64,000 nt of DNA from Escherichia coli (GTDB lineage Bacteria; Pseudomonadota; Gammaproteobacteria; Enterobacterales; Enterobacteriaceae), in NCBI RefSeq assembly GCF_003790525.1, contig NZ_CP033635.1. One strand, given 5' to 3'. Positions 49,626 through 62,104 of this stretch are shown in pieces. Below the pieces are notes generated by a model that saw only the letters and a list, made by a program, of their open reading frames with translations, did no database searches and had not been told where the DNA came from. How positions within the stretch are numbered: the stretch's first letter is position 1; each line of letters opens with the position of its first letter. Position numbers and translations under genes: made by a program.

Positions 49626-50160
49626 GGGGAGGAGAGGCAGGGAAATAGTCCGACTACGCCCTGCCTCTTACTCTACTGCGTACCGATGAGGGCTGGTTGT
49701 ATCTCACAGTAGTCATCGACCTGTGGTCACGCGCCGTCATTGGCTGGTCGATGTCACCGCGAATGACAGCACAACTGGCCTGTGATGCACGGCAAATGGC
49801 GTTGTGGCGGAGAAGACGCCCGGAAAGCGTCATTGCTCATACGGACCGTGGTGGTCAATACTGTTCAGGGGATTATCAGGCGCTGCTGAAGCGACACAAC
49901 CTGCGTGGCAGTATGAGTGCGAAAGGCTACTGTTATGACAATGCCTGTGTGGAAAGCTTCTTTCATTCGCTGAAGGTGGAATGTATCCACGGGGAACGCT
50001 TTAGCAGCCGGGAAATAATGCGGGCAACGGTGTTTAATTATATCGAGTGTGATTACAATCGCTGGCGTCGTCACAGTGCCTGTGGCGGTCTCAGCCCGGA
50101 ACAATTTGAAAACCATAATCTCGCTTAGGGCCGTGTCCACATTACGTGGGTAGGATCACT

Positions 50161-50990
<830 letters not shown>

Positions 50991-51670
50991 CTCATGCAAC
51001 TCCCGCATTAAAATATACTGTTCCTTCCGGATAATTACGTTAAAATATACACCTGCGTGCATCTGTGTCAGACTCCGTTAGATACCAGCGTACATTGTAA
51101 ACATGCCGGATGCACGCAATACAATAATCGGTCTTTTCGGAGTTATAGTCACCAGGCTGGCATCCCGTAAATATGTATCAGGTAGCAATTCAGGAAGCGA
51201 ACAAAAGCGCCTGGAGAAGGTTATCTCTGATAATAATTTACATGAAATGTCTCCTTTATTCTTCGCGAATAAGGCCTTCAGTGTTCTCCCCTTTTCAGCA
51301 ATTCTTACCGTAGTAATCACTCCTGCCTGTGTATAACACGAGAATTGCCAGAGTTTAACGTTTCGGTATCGTTATCCTGCATGATGTTGAACAGAACCGG
51401 GCGTGAATTCTGCGCCAGAATTTTCTTTCGAGGAACATTCCGGGTTATCTGTAGTACAGGAGGAGATTTTCTCCTATTTCAAATAAAATTCAATGACAGG
51501 TGAATATTTAAATATAAATGCATCGCTTCAACAGAGAAATCGGAATTACGCCCGGAACCAGGCCTGAATGAATAATGGAGGAGGTAAAATAATATTATTG
51601 ATGAAAATATCAAATTAAGTCCCCCTTCTCCTTCCCCAGCTTAAATATACTTACTTTTTCACTGGATAAT

Positions 51671-52030
51671 ATGTTATTGAATTACAAAGTTGATCCTGAT
51701 ATACATGATTTCCGGCTCTTGCATCCAGTGATAACTTTATATAGTCCTGCAAAGGCGAACTTCGTAAAAGTATACTTTTCTGTTGTAAGCATTGAGGTAT
51801 CGAAAATGAGTGAGAATACCGGAAAATCCCATGAAAATAAAATGGTTATTATTGACTACGGGGAATATGATGAATACCTTCGTAACGCGTGGTTCCGAGG
51901 TTTTCGGGAAGGTTATGATATGGCGATGAAATTTGGATTAGGCTGCCAGCAATGTTATGAAACAGGTGAAAAAATAGCATGCGCAAGAGCTGAAGAATGC
52001 CGTAAAAAGATTAAGGTAATAAAACACTGA
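51671..52030 (+). CDS. hypothetical protein
   Basis: 119-aa ORF (a shorter version may start at MSENTGKSHENK); Cys-containing C-terminus (GLGCQQCYETGEKIACARAEECRKK); no family recognised. Confidence 0.2.
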   Translation: MLLNYKVDPDIHDFRLLHPVITLYSPAKANFVKVYFSVVSIEVSKMSENTGKSHENKMVIIDYGEYDEYLRNAWFRGFREGYDMAMKFGLGCQQCYETGEKIACARAEECRKKIKVIKH

Positions 52031-52158
52031 AACGGGCTGTCTGATATTTCTGTGAGCTAAAAAGACACCGTAATACAGGTATCTCACAGTAACTGAAAGA
52101 TATGCACATGCCGCCAGGGAAGATTAAGGGTAAGGGAGGATATCCCTTACCTGATTGA

Positions 52159-52683
52159 TTATGGGATGATACCACAGGCAATTCTTGCACCACCGCCACC
52201 TAGAGGTTCAGGATGGTCATCATGATTATCACCTCCTGCGTGGAGCATTAGCGAACGGCCATCGAGCTCCTTTAATTCAGATAGTCTTGGCGCAAGCACC
52301 GGGTAGGTTGCTTTTCCGTCATGAGTGACATAAAGCGCAGGGAGATCACCTAGGTGGCCATCAGGAGACCATGGACCGAGATGCTTCCCTGTTTTTTCCG
52401 GGTCAAAGTGACCACCTGCAGATAAAGCAGCGACAGTTTTTCCATCTTTCAGGGCAGGAGCACAACTTGCGTTTTCATGTACATGAAAACCATGAATGCC
52501 GGCGGGTAAGGAGTGAAGATCAGGGGTGAACAGCAGCCCGTAGGGTGTCTTCTGGATGGTTATTTTACCAATATTTCGCTCTTTTCCGTCACTATCAACA
52601 AGATTCATTGTTACATCTTTGGTGGCTGCATATCCACAGGATGATGTAGCCAGAATCACAAAGGCAATAAGTTTACGTTTCAT
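52159..52683 (-). CDS. sodC: periplasmic Cu,Zn superoxide dismutase
   Basis: 174 aa; signal peptide; copper/zinc ligand motifs [29 protein letters not shown]; matches the SodC family as recalled. Confidence 0.8.
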   Translation of the reverse strand: MKRKLIAFVILATSSCGYAATKDVTMNLVDSDGKERNIGKITIQKTPYGLLFTPDLHSLPAGIHGFHVHENASCAPALKDGKTVAALSAGGHFDPEKTGKHLGPWSPDGHLGDLPALYVTHDGKATYPVLAPRLSELKELDGRSLMLHAGGDNHDDHPEPLGGGGARIACGIIP

Positions 52684-52938
52684 AAACCCTCTGTTAACAG
52701 GTTAAAGATTTACTCAATAACTGTTGCGAAATAACAGTCAGCCAGATGATAGCTTATGATAGTTATTGAATGTGACTATCAGTGTAATTAATTATGCAAA
52801 TTAGAAGGAATGTTATGTGTGAAGCGCCCCTGTATCCCGCTCATACTGGCTAACCCAGACACGCAGAGTCTGTGGCGTACAGCCAGCATTTGAGGCAATG
52901 GAACAAATTACCCCAATTGTGAATCATACTCATCCTGT

Positions 52939-53491
52939 TTACCTCTTTCTCAGGGAGTTTAGTCTCCAGGATTCCCGGAGCAGTTCAAAGTGCCCTGTGC
53001 TGCTTAAAGTGCCGCTGCATGCCACCACATGGCTGAGCAGCAACAGGTATTGTTGTTCCTTCATGTTGTTCACGCAACCAGCGTAATACCACCGGCGAGG
53101 ATGGACTGTCAGTGTGATTACGTTCAGTAATACGTTCATAAAAGGAAGTTCAGAATGCATGAATCTGTTGTCCGTTGATGTTTCCTTCTGTCGAATTGTG
53201 TGTGAAGTGGACAATCAGAAAATGCGGCCAGTGATCCACTGCCTGTTGAATAAAACGCCGGATGTCTCCCGGCTCTGCAAGTAATGCTTCAGTTTCCTGC
53301 ACTATTTTATCCCTGTTGAATTTTGTCAAACCGGTGCAGACACGCAGGAAAGTATGCCAGCACTGGTGTAATGCCAGTAACATACAATAAGAATGAAATG
53401 ACGAATCAGTCAGGAAAGGGTGCCCCCATTGGCAACCCATTGACTGAGCAGAGGATACAATCAGGAAGGTTAACGAGAGTATCTCCGACAT
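52939..53491 (-). pseudogene. unidentified gene remnant (two ORF fragments)
   Basis: ORFs 53150..53491 and 52939..53214 on the same strand in different frames; no family recognised. Confidence 0.15.
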
Positions 53492-53603
53492 CAGGGGCAG
53501 GATTGATTTCTACAATACCAGCGCCGGCATTGAGCCTGTACATAGATTTATGTAATTGCCTGATTTTGATATGTTCAATTCAACATCAAATGAAAGCTAA
53601 ATT

Positions 53604-54395
53604 ATGGACGACACACAATTGCAGGCTCTGGCTAACGAACTGGCCAAAAATCTCAAAACCCCTGAAGATCTCAGTCAGTTCGATCGCCTGCTCAAGAAAA
53701 TAAGTGTTGAGGCAGCTCTCAACGCTGAACTGACTCACCATCTGGGACATGAAAAAAATCAGACCAAATCGGGAACCAACTTCCGTAATGGCTATTCCAC
53801 GAAAACCGTCACCACTACCGACGGGCCGATGGAATTACGTACTCCACCTGATCGTGATGGTTCCTTCGAACCACAACTGGTGAAGAAAAATCAGACCCGC
53901 ATTACCGGCATGGACAACCAGATCCTGGCGCTGTATGCCAGAGGGATGACTACCCGCGAAATTACCTCAGCCTTCAAAGAAATGTACGACGCCGATGTCT
54001 CGCCCACGCTGATATCCAAAGTGACCGATGCGGTTAAAGAACAGGTCTCTGAATGGCAAAACCGACCGTTGGATGCACTGTATCCCATTGTTTATCTTGA
54101 CTGTATTGTGGTTAAGGTTCGTCACAGCGGGAGTGTCATTAACAAAGCGGTGTTCCTCGCGCTGGGCATCAATACCGACGGTCAGAAAGAGCTGCTGGAT
54201 ATGTGGCTGGCCGAAAATGAAGGTGCAAAGTTCTGGCTGAATGTACTGACGGAACTGAAAAATCGCGGCCTGAACGATATCCTTATCGCCTTCGTGGACG
54301 GCCTGAAAGGCTTCCCGGAAGCGATTAATGCCGTCTATCCCATAAAGCCGGATACGCTCATTTTGGGCGGGATCTCCACAAGCATATGGATATGA
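53604..54395 (+). pseudogene. IS256-family (mutator-type) transposase, 3'-truncated
   Basis: 263 aa with ...LNAELTHHLGHEKNQ... and DDE region (...YPIVYLDCIVVKVR...); ends at the junction with the IS200 fragment. Confidence 0.6.
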
Positions 54396-54660
54396 TCTGC
54401 ACAGCACTCAGCTTCAAGAATCCGTACACTTTTCCACTCACACAGCTTTCTCAAAATACTGCCTGTTGCTTTACGCTTCTCTCTGTAGAACACTTTTCTT
54501 CGGTATTTTGGCGCAAAAACTATGTGATATTTACAGTTCCATCGGGTATGCGCTAAGCTCTTTTCGTTCCCCATTGGGACCCCCTTTTGATTTCTTGTTT
54601 GACACTTGCAGTTGCCAGACCGCAAGGTGTTTTAACAAATCAAAAGGGGTTTTAATAACT
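54335..54660 (-). pseudogene. IS200-type TnpA (Y1 transposase), 3'-truncated, with 5' hairpin region
   Basis: MGNEKSLAHTRWNCKYHIVFAPKYRRKVFYREKRKATGSILRKLCEWKSVRILEAECCADHIHMLVEIPPKMSVSGFMG* (HxH motif present, catalytic Tyr region missing); palindrome CCCCCAGCCTAGCTGGGGG at about 54680-54700. Confidence 0.55.
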
Positions 54661-54663
54661 GGC

Positions 54664-55830
54664 TCAAAGCTGAAAGCTTTCCGGCCCCCAGCCTAGCTGG
54701 GGGTTTTCTGTGCACAAAAATCCGGAAACGAGTGAGCGTTTCAGGATTCTTAAACAGACCCTGGATCGGTCAACTGCTCCTAAACTGATCGGCATTACAC
54801 CTGTCGGCTGCCGTTTTTTCAGCTCCGTGATCCATGGGCCGGGTTCTTTGGTCAGCAATGCTGCCGCCCTTGCCCCATGGATAAATAATGTCCGGTGGTA
54901 GGTATCCCCACGTTTGCTTATCCCCAGCATGCGAACCTTCCCAGCGGACCCCGTCTGCTTCGGCACCAGACAGACATAAGCGTCAAACTCACGTCCGGAT
55001 TTAAATGCTGAGGCCTCGCCCATGGTGGCGACCACCGCCGTAGCGATTAACGGCCCCACACCGGGGATTTCCATTAGGCGCTTACAGTTTTCGCTCTGCC
55101 GTGCCACGCTGTTAATCTGTTTATCAAGGCCATCTATCTGCATGCCCAGCTCACTCAGTCTGTTGTACTGGTATTCAAGCACAGTGATGAGATACGGCGG
55201 CAGGTTCGTCTTCATTCGCTCTAGGGCTGTCGGTAGCTTTCTGTCCATCGCTGTCCAATCTTTGTGGAGGATTTCACCAAACTCGAGGAGCGTGCCAAGG
55301 GTATTAATATGCGAGGTTCTGAACTTCACCAGTTGTCTGCGCGAACGGTGCAGGACCAGAACTGACTGCTTCTCTTCCGTTTTAACAGCGATATCTTTAC
55401 TGGGCTGCTGTACCGCCATCCAGATAGCACGCGCATCCATCACATCATTTTTGTTGCCCATGACGAATGCTTTAACGAAGCGAGCTTGCAACAGCCGAAC
55501 TTTGTGTCCCAGTTTTTTCCAGTTCCCTCGCCCAATGTTGGGAGCCTCCACAAGCCTCCATACCTATCAGACAGGGTTCCCGGTTGCTGAAGAACGTCAG
55601 AAAATCCTTGCTACGTAGCTGCTTGTCCACCACTTCGCCCGTGTACTCATTGATGAAGTGAACCTGAATCAGATACTTTGCGATATCAACGCCAACCGGT
55701 GTATATTTCATTTGTGGAGTCGCCAGTCTGAGGGCGCTTTTGCATCCCGTATTGGGCACTATGATGCCGGAAATCTGAGAGGCTCCACAGCAGACAATTT
55801 TACCCTTCATCCATCACAGTGCACCTCTCT
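54664..55830 (-). mobile_element. IS110-family element, transposase frameshifted
   Basis: N-terminal ORF 55472..55810 (MKYTPVGVDIAKYLIQVHF...) and C-terminal ORF 54664..55551 (...IPGVGPLIATAVVATMGEASAF...TLFIHGARAA...) overlap in different frames. Confidence 0.6.
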
Positions 55831-55940
55831 TAACAGGGCAGGATGTGTTCAGTACATTTCTCCTTTTATGGTTACAGTTTATCCATCATGGCGTAATTGA
55901 AGGCTGTCGTGAAGGAGAGGAAGAGCATCTCATCACTTAC

Positions 55941-55960
55941 AAACAAATACATTAATGATA
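55941..55960 (+). promoter_or_regulatory. putative Fur box upstream of sitA
   Basis: ATTAATGATAACCATTTGCA, about 90 bp upstream of the sitA start; partial match to the Fur consensus. Confidence 0.4.
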
Positions 55961-56044
55961 ACCATTTGCATTTGTATAGATTATGCTATAAAACATAGCC
56001 GTTGCTATGTTTGTTCTAATTTTGCTCACTATAGGTACTGAATT

Positions 56045-56959
56045 ATGCACTCAATAAAAAAATTAACCATGCTCTTGGGGTTCCTCGCCCTCACCTGCTC
56101 GATCGCATTTCAGGCGAGTGCAACTGAAAAATTCAAGGTCATTACAACATTTACCATCATCGCAGATATGGCCAAAAACGTGGCTGGAGATGTTGCAGAA
56201 GTCTCATCCATAACCAAGCCCGGTGCGGAAATTCATGAGTATCAGCCTACCCCTGGCGATATTAAACGTGCGCAGGGGGCACAACTGATTCTCGCCAATG
56301 GAATGAATCTGGAATTGTGGTTCCAGCGCTTTTACCAGCATCTCAATGGTGTTCCAGAAGTGATTGTCTCTTCGGGTGTGACGCCAGTAGGGATCACCGA
56401 AGGCCCCTACGAGGGAAAACCTAACCCTCATGCCTGGATGTCGCCAGATAATGCTTTGATTTACGTCGATAATATTCGTGATGCGTTGATAAAATACGAT
56501 CCGGCAAATGCAAAAACATACCAACGTAATGCCGATACTTATAAAGCCAAGATTACCCAAACCCTTGCCCCCCTGCGTAAGCAGATTGCTGAACTCCCTG
56601 AGAATAAAAGATGGATGGTCACCAGTGAAGGGGCTTTTTCTTATCTCGCACGCGATTTGGGGCTAAAAGAGCTTTATCTGTGGCCGATAAATGCCGATCA
56701 ACAAGGAACACCCCAGCAGGTACGTAAAGTGGTTGATATAGTGAAGAAAAATAATATCCCAGCGGTATTTAGTGAGAGTACGGTTTCCGATAAACCAGCG
56801 CGTCAGGTTGCGCGTGAAACCGGCGCACACTACGGCGGTGTGCTCTATGTCGATTCCCTGAGCACAGAAAACGGCCCGGTACCTACGTATATCGACCTTC
56901 TGAAGGTTACTACCAGTACGCTGGTGCAGGGAATTAAAGCCGGGAAAAGGGAGAAGTAA
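56045..56959 (+). CDS. sitA: Mn/Fe ABC transporter periplasmic binding protein SitA
   Basis: 304 aa with signal peptide; cluster-9 metal-binding protein; matches SitA as recalled. Confidence 0.85.
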   Translation: MHSIKKLTMLLGFLALTCSIAFQASATEKFKVITTFTIIADMAKNVAGDVAEVSSITKPGAEIHEYQPTPGDIKRAQGAQLILANGMNLELWFQRFYQHLNGVPEVIVSSGVTPVGITEGPYEGKPNPHAWMSPDNALIYVDNIRDALIKYDPANAKTYQRNADTYKAKITQTLAPLRKQIAELPENKRWMVTSEGAFSYLARDLGLKELYLWPINADQQGTPQQVRKVVDIVKKNNIPAVFSESTVSDKPARQVARETGAHYGGVLYVDSLSTENGPVPTYIDLLKVTTSTLVQGIKAGKREK

Positions 56960-57786
56960 TGATGCAATCTGCGGGTATTGTCGTTAATGGCGTTACTGTC
57001 ACCTGGCGTAACGGGCACACAGCACTGCGCGATGCATCCTTCACAGTACCAGGCGGATCTATTGCCGCTCTGGTTGGGGTAAACGGTTCCGGAAAATCGA
57101 CGTTATTTAAAGCGATTATGGGATTCGTGCGTCTGACTACCGGAAAGATATCTGTTCTGGGTATTCCCACGCGGCAGGCTCTGCAGAAAAACCTGATTGC
57201 CTACGTCCCGCAGTCAGAAGAAGTGGACTGGTCCTTTCCTGTACTGGTGGAAGATGTGGTGATGATGGGCCGCTATGGGCATATGGGTATGTTGCGTATA
57301 GCCAATAAGAGGGATCGTCAGGTTGTCACCGATGCGCTGGAACGTGTCGATATGGTAGATTTTCGCCATCGACAAATCGGCGAGCTTTCCGGTGGACAAA
57401 AGAAACGCGTCTTTCTGGCGAGAGCGATTGCACAGCAGGGTGATGTGATCCTGCTGGATGAACCTTTTACCGGCGTTGATGTGAAAACCGAAGCCAAAAT
57501 CATCAGCCTGTTGAGGGAGTTACGCGCGGAAGGCAAAACGATGCTTGTCTCAACGCACAATCTCGGATCCGTCACGACATTTTGCGATTATACGGTCATG
57601 GTCAAAGGCACCGTCCTGGCAAGCGGGCCGACAGACACCACTTTTACAGCCGAGAACCTGGAGCTGGCTTTTAGCGGCGTACTACGCCATGTCACACTTA
57701 AAGGCTCGGAAGAAAGCATTATTACTGACGATGAACGCCCCTTTGTGGCTTATCGACCATCAGCGGTGCAGAGGGAAGAAAGATGA
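56959..57786 (+). CDS. sitB: Mn/Fe ABC transporter ATP-binding protein SitB
   Basis: 275 aa; Walker [10 protein letters not shown], signature [14 protein letters not shown], Walker B ILLDEP. Confidence 0.85.
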   Translation: MMQSAGIVVNGVTVTWRNGHTALRDASFTVPGGSIAALVGVNGSGKSTLFKAIMGFVRLTTGKISVLGIPTRQALQKNLIAYVPQSEEVDWSFPVLVEDVVMMGRYGHMGMLRIANKRDRQVVTDALERVDMVDFRHRQIGELSGGQKKRVFLARAIAQQGDVILLDEPFTGVDVKTEAKIISLLRELRAEGKTMLVSTHNLGSVTTFCDYTVMVKGTVLASGPTDTTFTAENLELAFSGVLRHVTLKGSEESIITDDERPFVAYRPSAVQREER

Positions 57787-58640
57787 ACGTGCTACTGGAA
57801 CCCTTCAGCTATGAATATATGCTCAATGCGATGTGGGTCGCGGCGATGGTCGGCGGTCTCTGCGCTTTCCTGTCATGCTATCTGATGCTAAAAGGCTGGT
57901 CGCTGATTGGCGATGCGCTGTCGCACTCTATCGTCCCGGGTGTTGCGGGGGCATATATGCTGGGGCTTCCGTTTTCTCTGGGGGCCTTCTTTTCCGGTGG
58001 ACTGGCTGCGGGCAGCATGCTGTTTCTTAACCAACGCACTCGCTTAAAAGAAGATGCCATCATCGGCCTGATCTTCTCGTCCTTTTTTGGCCTGGGGCTG
58101 TTTATGGTGTCATTAAACCCGACATCCGTAAATATTCAGACCATCGTCCTGGGCAATATTCTGGCAATCGCTCCGGCGGATATCCTGCAACTCACTATCA
58201 TTGGCATTGTCTCAGTCATAGTGCTCTTTTTCAAATGGAAAGATCTTATGGTGACCTTTTTCGACGAGAATCACGCCCGTGCTATTGGATTATATCCAGG
58301 AAGATTAAAAATCCTCTTCTTCACACTGCTGGCGGTATCGACCGTTGCAGCATTGCAAACGGTTGGGGCTTTTCTGGTGATCTGTCTGGTAGTGACCCCT
58401 GGCGCAACAGCATGGTTGTTAACCGATCGTTTTCCCCGCCTGCTCGTGATTGCTGTAACTATTGGCAGTGTAACCAGTTTCCTCGGCGCGTGGGTCAGTT
58501 ACTTTCTGGACGGAGCGACAGGTGGAATCATCGTGGTGGCGCAGACACTGCTGTTTCTTTTAGCATTTGTCTTTGCACCCACCCATGGGCTTTTGGCAAA
58601 TCGTCAGCGTGCGCATAAGGTGCTGGAGGATCGCTCATGA
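57783..58640 (+). CDS. sitC: Mn/Fe ABC transporter permease SitC
   Basis: 285-aa polytopic membrane protein; start overlaps the sitB stop. Confidence 0.85.
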   Translation: MNVLLEPFSYEYMLNAMWVAAMVGGLCAFLSCYLMLKGWSLIGDALSHSIVPGVAGAYMLGLPFSLGAFFSGGLAAGSMLFLNQRTRLKEDAIIGLIFSSFFGLGLFMVSLNPTSVNIQTIVLGNILAIAPADILQLTIIGIVSVIVLFFKWKDLMVTFFDENHARAIGLYPGRLKILFFTLLAVSTVAALQTVGAFLVICLVVTPGATAWLLTDRFPRLLVIAVTIGSVTSFLGAWVSYFLDGATGGIIVVAQTLLFLLAFVFAPTHGLLANRQRAHKVLEDRS

Positions 58641-59515
58641 TGGCATTATTACTGGAGCCACTGCAGTTCACCTTTATGAGTCACGCACTGCTGATTTCAC
58701 TGGTAGTTTCCATACCCTGTGCGCTGCTGTCGGTCTTTCTGGTCCTGAAAGGTTGGGCACTGATGGGAGACGCGATGAGTCATGCGGTTTTTCCTGGTAT
58801 CGTGCTTGCGTGGATACTGGGTTTTCCTCTGGCGGGAGGAGCATTCGTCGCCGGAGTATTCTGCGCGGTGGCGACGGGATACCTGAAAGACAACAGCCGA
58901 ATCAAGCAAGATACAGTGATGGGGATTGTTTTTTCTGGCATGTTTGCCGCAGGTCTGATCTTGTATATTGCAGTCAAACCCGACGTACATCTTGACCATA
59001 TTCTTTTCGGCGACATGCTCGGGGTAACCATCGGCGATATAATCCAGACGGTGATTATTGCCGGGCTGGTTACACTTGTTATTAGCGTAAAATGGCGGGA
59101 TTTTTTGCTGTTCAGCTTTGATTATCAACAGGCGCAGGTAAGCGGTTTGCATACGAGATGGCTGCATTATGGGCTGCTGTGCATGGTCTCTCTGACCATT
59201 GTGGCGACGCTGAAAGCGGTAGGTATCATTCTCTCCATTTCTCTGCTCATTGCGCCTGGCGCCATTGCGGTACTCCTGACGCAACGCTTTCATATTGCGC
59301 TCCTGCTGGCGCTCGGTATATCGGTAATGGTCTCAATGACTGGTGTATGGCTCTCCTTTTTTATAGACAGCGCACCAGCACCAACGATTGTTATCTTATT
59401 CACGGTTGTATTCATCCTGACGTTTACCGCTTCCAGCATCAATGCTCACGCGAAGGAAAATGTCGATCCACAGGATCTCCCGACTAGTACAACAACCAGA
59501 GAGCAACATCTGTAG
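58637..59515 (+). CDS. sitD: Mn/Fe ABC transporter permease SitD
   Basis: 292-aa polytopic membrane protein paralogous to SitC; start overlaps the sitC stop. Confidence 0.85.
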   Translation: MMALLLEPLQFTFMSHALLISLVVSIPCALLSVFLVLKGWALMGDAMSHAVFPGIVLAWILGFPLAGGAFVAGVFCAVATGYLKDNSRIKQDTVMGIVFSGMFAAGLILYIAVKPDVHLDHILFGDMLGVTIGDIIQTVIIAGLVTLVISVKWRDFLLFSFDYQQAQVSGLHTRWLHYGLLCMVSLTIVATLKAVGIILSISLLIAPGAIAVLLTQRFHIALLLALGISVMVSMTGVWLSFFIDSAPAPTIVILFTVVFILTFTASSINAHAKENVDPQDLPTSTTTREQHL

Positions 59516-59879
59516 GCACATAGCAGTCATGGAGACAATCTTGTGAAGTCATAGAGTGTCGGGGGAAGGTATTGAAAGTCCCCGACCTCCGAAGAAAATA
59601 TGGGCGGCATGATCAGGAAAACACCGTCAGCTCCTGTATAAAGTTATTTGTTGCCACCGTTGCCCAAATCACTCATATCAACAAACGGAATATTCAGTTT
59701 GAATCCACATTCCATTGTGGGCGTACGAATAGCATCAAGTTTTGCTGTATTGTCAACAACGGATGAAAAGTGGCACTTCCTTGGATTTACCTCTATATTT
59801 CCAGACATCTGTTATCACTTAACCTGTTACTGTCCTTCAACTGCAGGTGATTCAGGGGGGCCAGTCTAACCGTTAAGAA

Positions 59880-60506
59880 CACGTTCCCGAGATGAGCGTT
59901 TCCGTTGTCGCTCATGTAAAACATGTTTTCCAGCTCACTTACTCTTGGTGAAGTCAGGAAACCCGGCGTTAAGGAGCAGATCGTTGAAATGGCACATAAC
60001 GGCGCAGGTGTCCGTGATACCCATGAACACTGAAAATCGGCATCAATACCGTCATACGGACATTAAAAATGTTTTCGCCCCGGCGGATAACATCTACGCC
60101 AGTCGTTCACGCTGATGTTGCCCTTATCTTTGAAACTTGATGAGCAGTTAAATTTCGTTGGCAGCAAGGCGCAACAACACTGGTCTGCTTACAACACTAA
60201 AACTGCGGTGTGTTGGCTTATTCTTTCGGGCCACGGAATGATGAGACCTGTCGGGAACTGTTAGCCCTGTTGACTTCGTTCTATATCGGCATAGTGACCA
60301 GCAATGACAGGGGCTGCAACGTCAGAGAAGTGACGAAGGAGAAATACCTGACCGGTAAAATATTCACGCAACCTATTGAACTTAACAACCTGCCCCTCCG
60401 CACCCGCATCAAGCGGCTGGCACGTAAAACAATCTGCTTCTCGCGTTCCGTGAAAATCAACGAAAAAGTCATCGGTTCCGTCATTGAAAAGAACATGTTC
60501 TACTGA
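59880..60506 (+). pseudogene. degenerate IS1-family remnant (insA-like and insB-like fragments)
   Basis: Stop-ridden insA-like region (FRCRSCKTCFQLTYS...) and ORF 60210..60506 (...DETCRELLALLTSFYIGIVTSND...LRTRIKRLARKTICFSRSVKINEKVIG...) resembling the IS1 InsB C-terminus. Confidence 0.45.
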
Positions 60507-60805
60507 TTGGAAGCACTACCACATTTTTCATAGAATACCCAAGATCTTAGCGCAGATCAGTTGAAATGTTGGCACCTATGTTACCAATACTACTCAATGG
60601 CTACTACGGCAGTAGGTTTTCGCTTACCTTTTCATACGGGCAATGAAATGAGGATATGCGATAAATTTCAGTCAAAGATACATAAAACAGGCATAATGTT
60701 ATTCAGTGGTGAGCAGTCCGTTCCGGAGACGGAATATCTTTTTAAGGCCGTATATCAGGGTTTTCCCTTGTTATGGTGGCTGAAGGCATGATGATGGTGT
60801 TTTAA

Positions 60806-62040
60806 TTGCCAAAGGTCACCGCCATGGACGAAAGGTCCCTCTACGCTCATATTATCAACCTGACCGCTCCATGGCAGGTTAAATATCTTTCTCTCGATGA
60901 AAACGCCGGTTCTGTTACCGTCACAGTTGGAATCGCTAAAAATGCCCGGTTAGCCTGTCCGACCTGCGGTAAATCCTGTTCTGTTCACGATCACCGTCAT
61001 CGTAAATGGCGTCATCTTGATATCTGCCAGTTCACCACTATTGTCGAAGCCGATGTGCCCCGCATTATGTGCCCGGAGCATGGCTGCCAGACGTTGCTAG
61101 TTCCCTGGGCTGGCCCCGGAAGGCGGTATACGCTGCTGTTCGACTCGTTCTCTCATGGCTGAAAATCAGCACTGTTGATGCTGTAAGGAAACAACTTAAG
61201 CTCAGCTGGAATGCGGTTGACGGCATTATGACCCGGGCAGTTAAGCGAGGTCTTGCCCGGATAAAAAAGCCATTATCCGCCCGTCATATGAATGTGGATG
61301 AGGTCGCCTTTAAAAAAGGACATTGTTATATAACTGTGATCTCCGATCGCGATGGTCGTGCACTGGCCTTAACGGACGATCGTGGCACAGAGAGCCTCGC
61401 CGGCTATCTTCGCACGCTTACTGACGGGCAGTTGCTGGCTATCAAAACGCTCTCAATGGACATGAATGCAGGCTGTATAAGAGCAGCGCGTATCCACTTA
61501 CCCTGTGCGGTTGAGAAAATCGCCTTCGACCGCTTCCATGTAGCAAAGCAACTTGGTGAAGTGGTTGATAAAATCCGTCAGGATGAACATCCACACCTCC
61601 CTGTTGAAAGTCGGCGTCAGGCAAAGGGGACCCGCTTCCTGTGGCAGTACAACGATAAATGGATGACCGAATCCAGGCAGGAAAAGCTGATATGGCTGCG
61701 TGCACAGATGAAGCTGACAAGCCTGTGCTGGGCGCTGAAAGAGCTGGCAAAGAATATCTGGAACAGGCCATGAAGTGAGGAAAGACGTAATGAGTGGGAG
61801 AGATTGCTGGCTCTGGCGGCCAACAGTGACATTACTATGATGAAAAACGCCACGAAAACGATAGGAAAAAGGCTGTATGGGATCCTGAATGCCATGCGAC
61901 ACCGTGTCTCAAACGGAAACGCGGAGGCGCTTAACAGTAAGCTCAGGCTGCTGAGGATAAAAGCCAGGGGATACCGCAATCGGGAACGCTTTAAGCTGGG
62001 CGTGATGTTCCACTACGGGAAACTGAATATGGCGTTTTGA
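60806..62040 (+). pseudogene. ISL3-family transposase, two frameshifts
   Basis: N-terminal zinc-finger region (CPTCGKSCSVHDHRHRKWRHLD...CPEHGC) in ORF 60806..61162; core in 61069..61773; C-terminus in 61804..62040. Confidence 0.6.
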
Positions 62041-62104
62041 GCCTTCCCACCATGATCAGGGAAGGCCCTTATATCAACATACCTTTGTTTCCAAAGAATT
62101 CCTG

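Larger units (their letters stand above)
47407..49676 (+). mobile_element. bacterial group II intron, apparently intact (about 2.27 kb)
   Basis: Begins GTGTG immediately after the IS3 orfB codon for Y; domain V hairpin GAGCCGGATGCGCTGAAAGGTGCATGTCCGGTTC at 49592-49625; domain VI then ...CTAC; exon 2 resumes the IS3 orfB frame; encodes an RT/maturase. Confidence 0.85.
46646..50158 (+). mobile_element. IS3 carrying a group II intron in orfB
   Basis: IRL TGATCTTACCCACCAATAGTGGACACAGG at 46646; IRR ending ...GGTAGGATCA at 50158; orfA 46708..47007; orfB split at ...GDITY (47406) and resuming [10 protein letters not shown] (49677). Confidence 0.85.
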
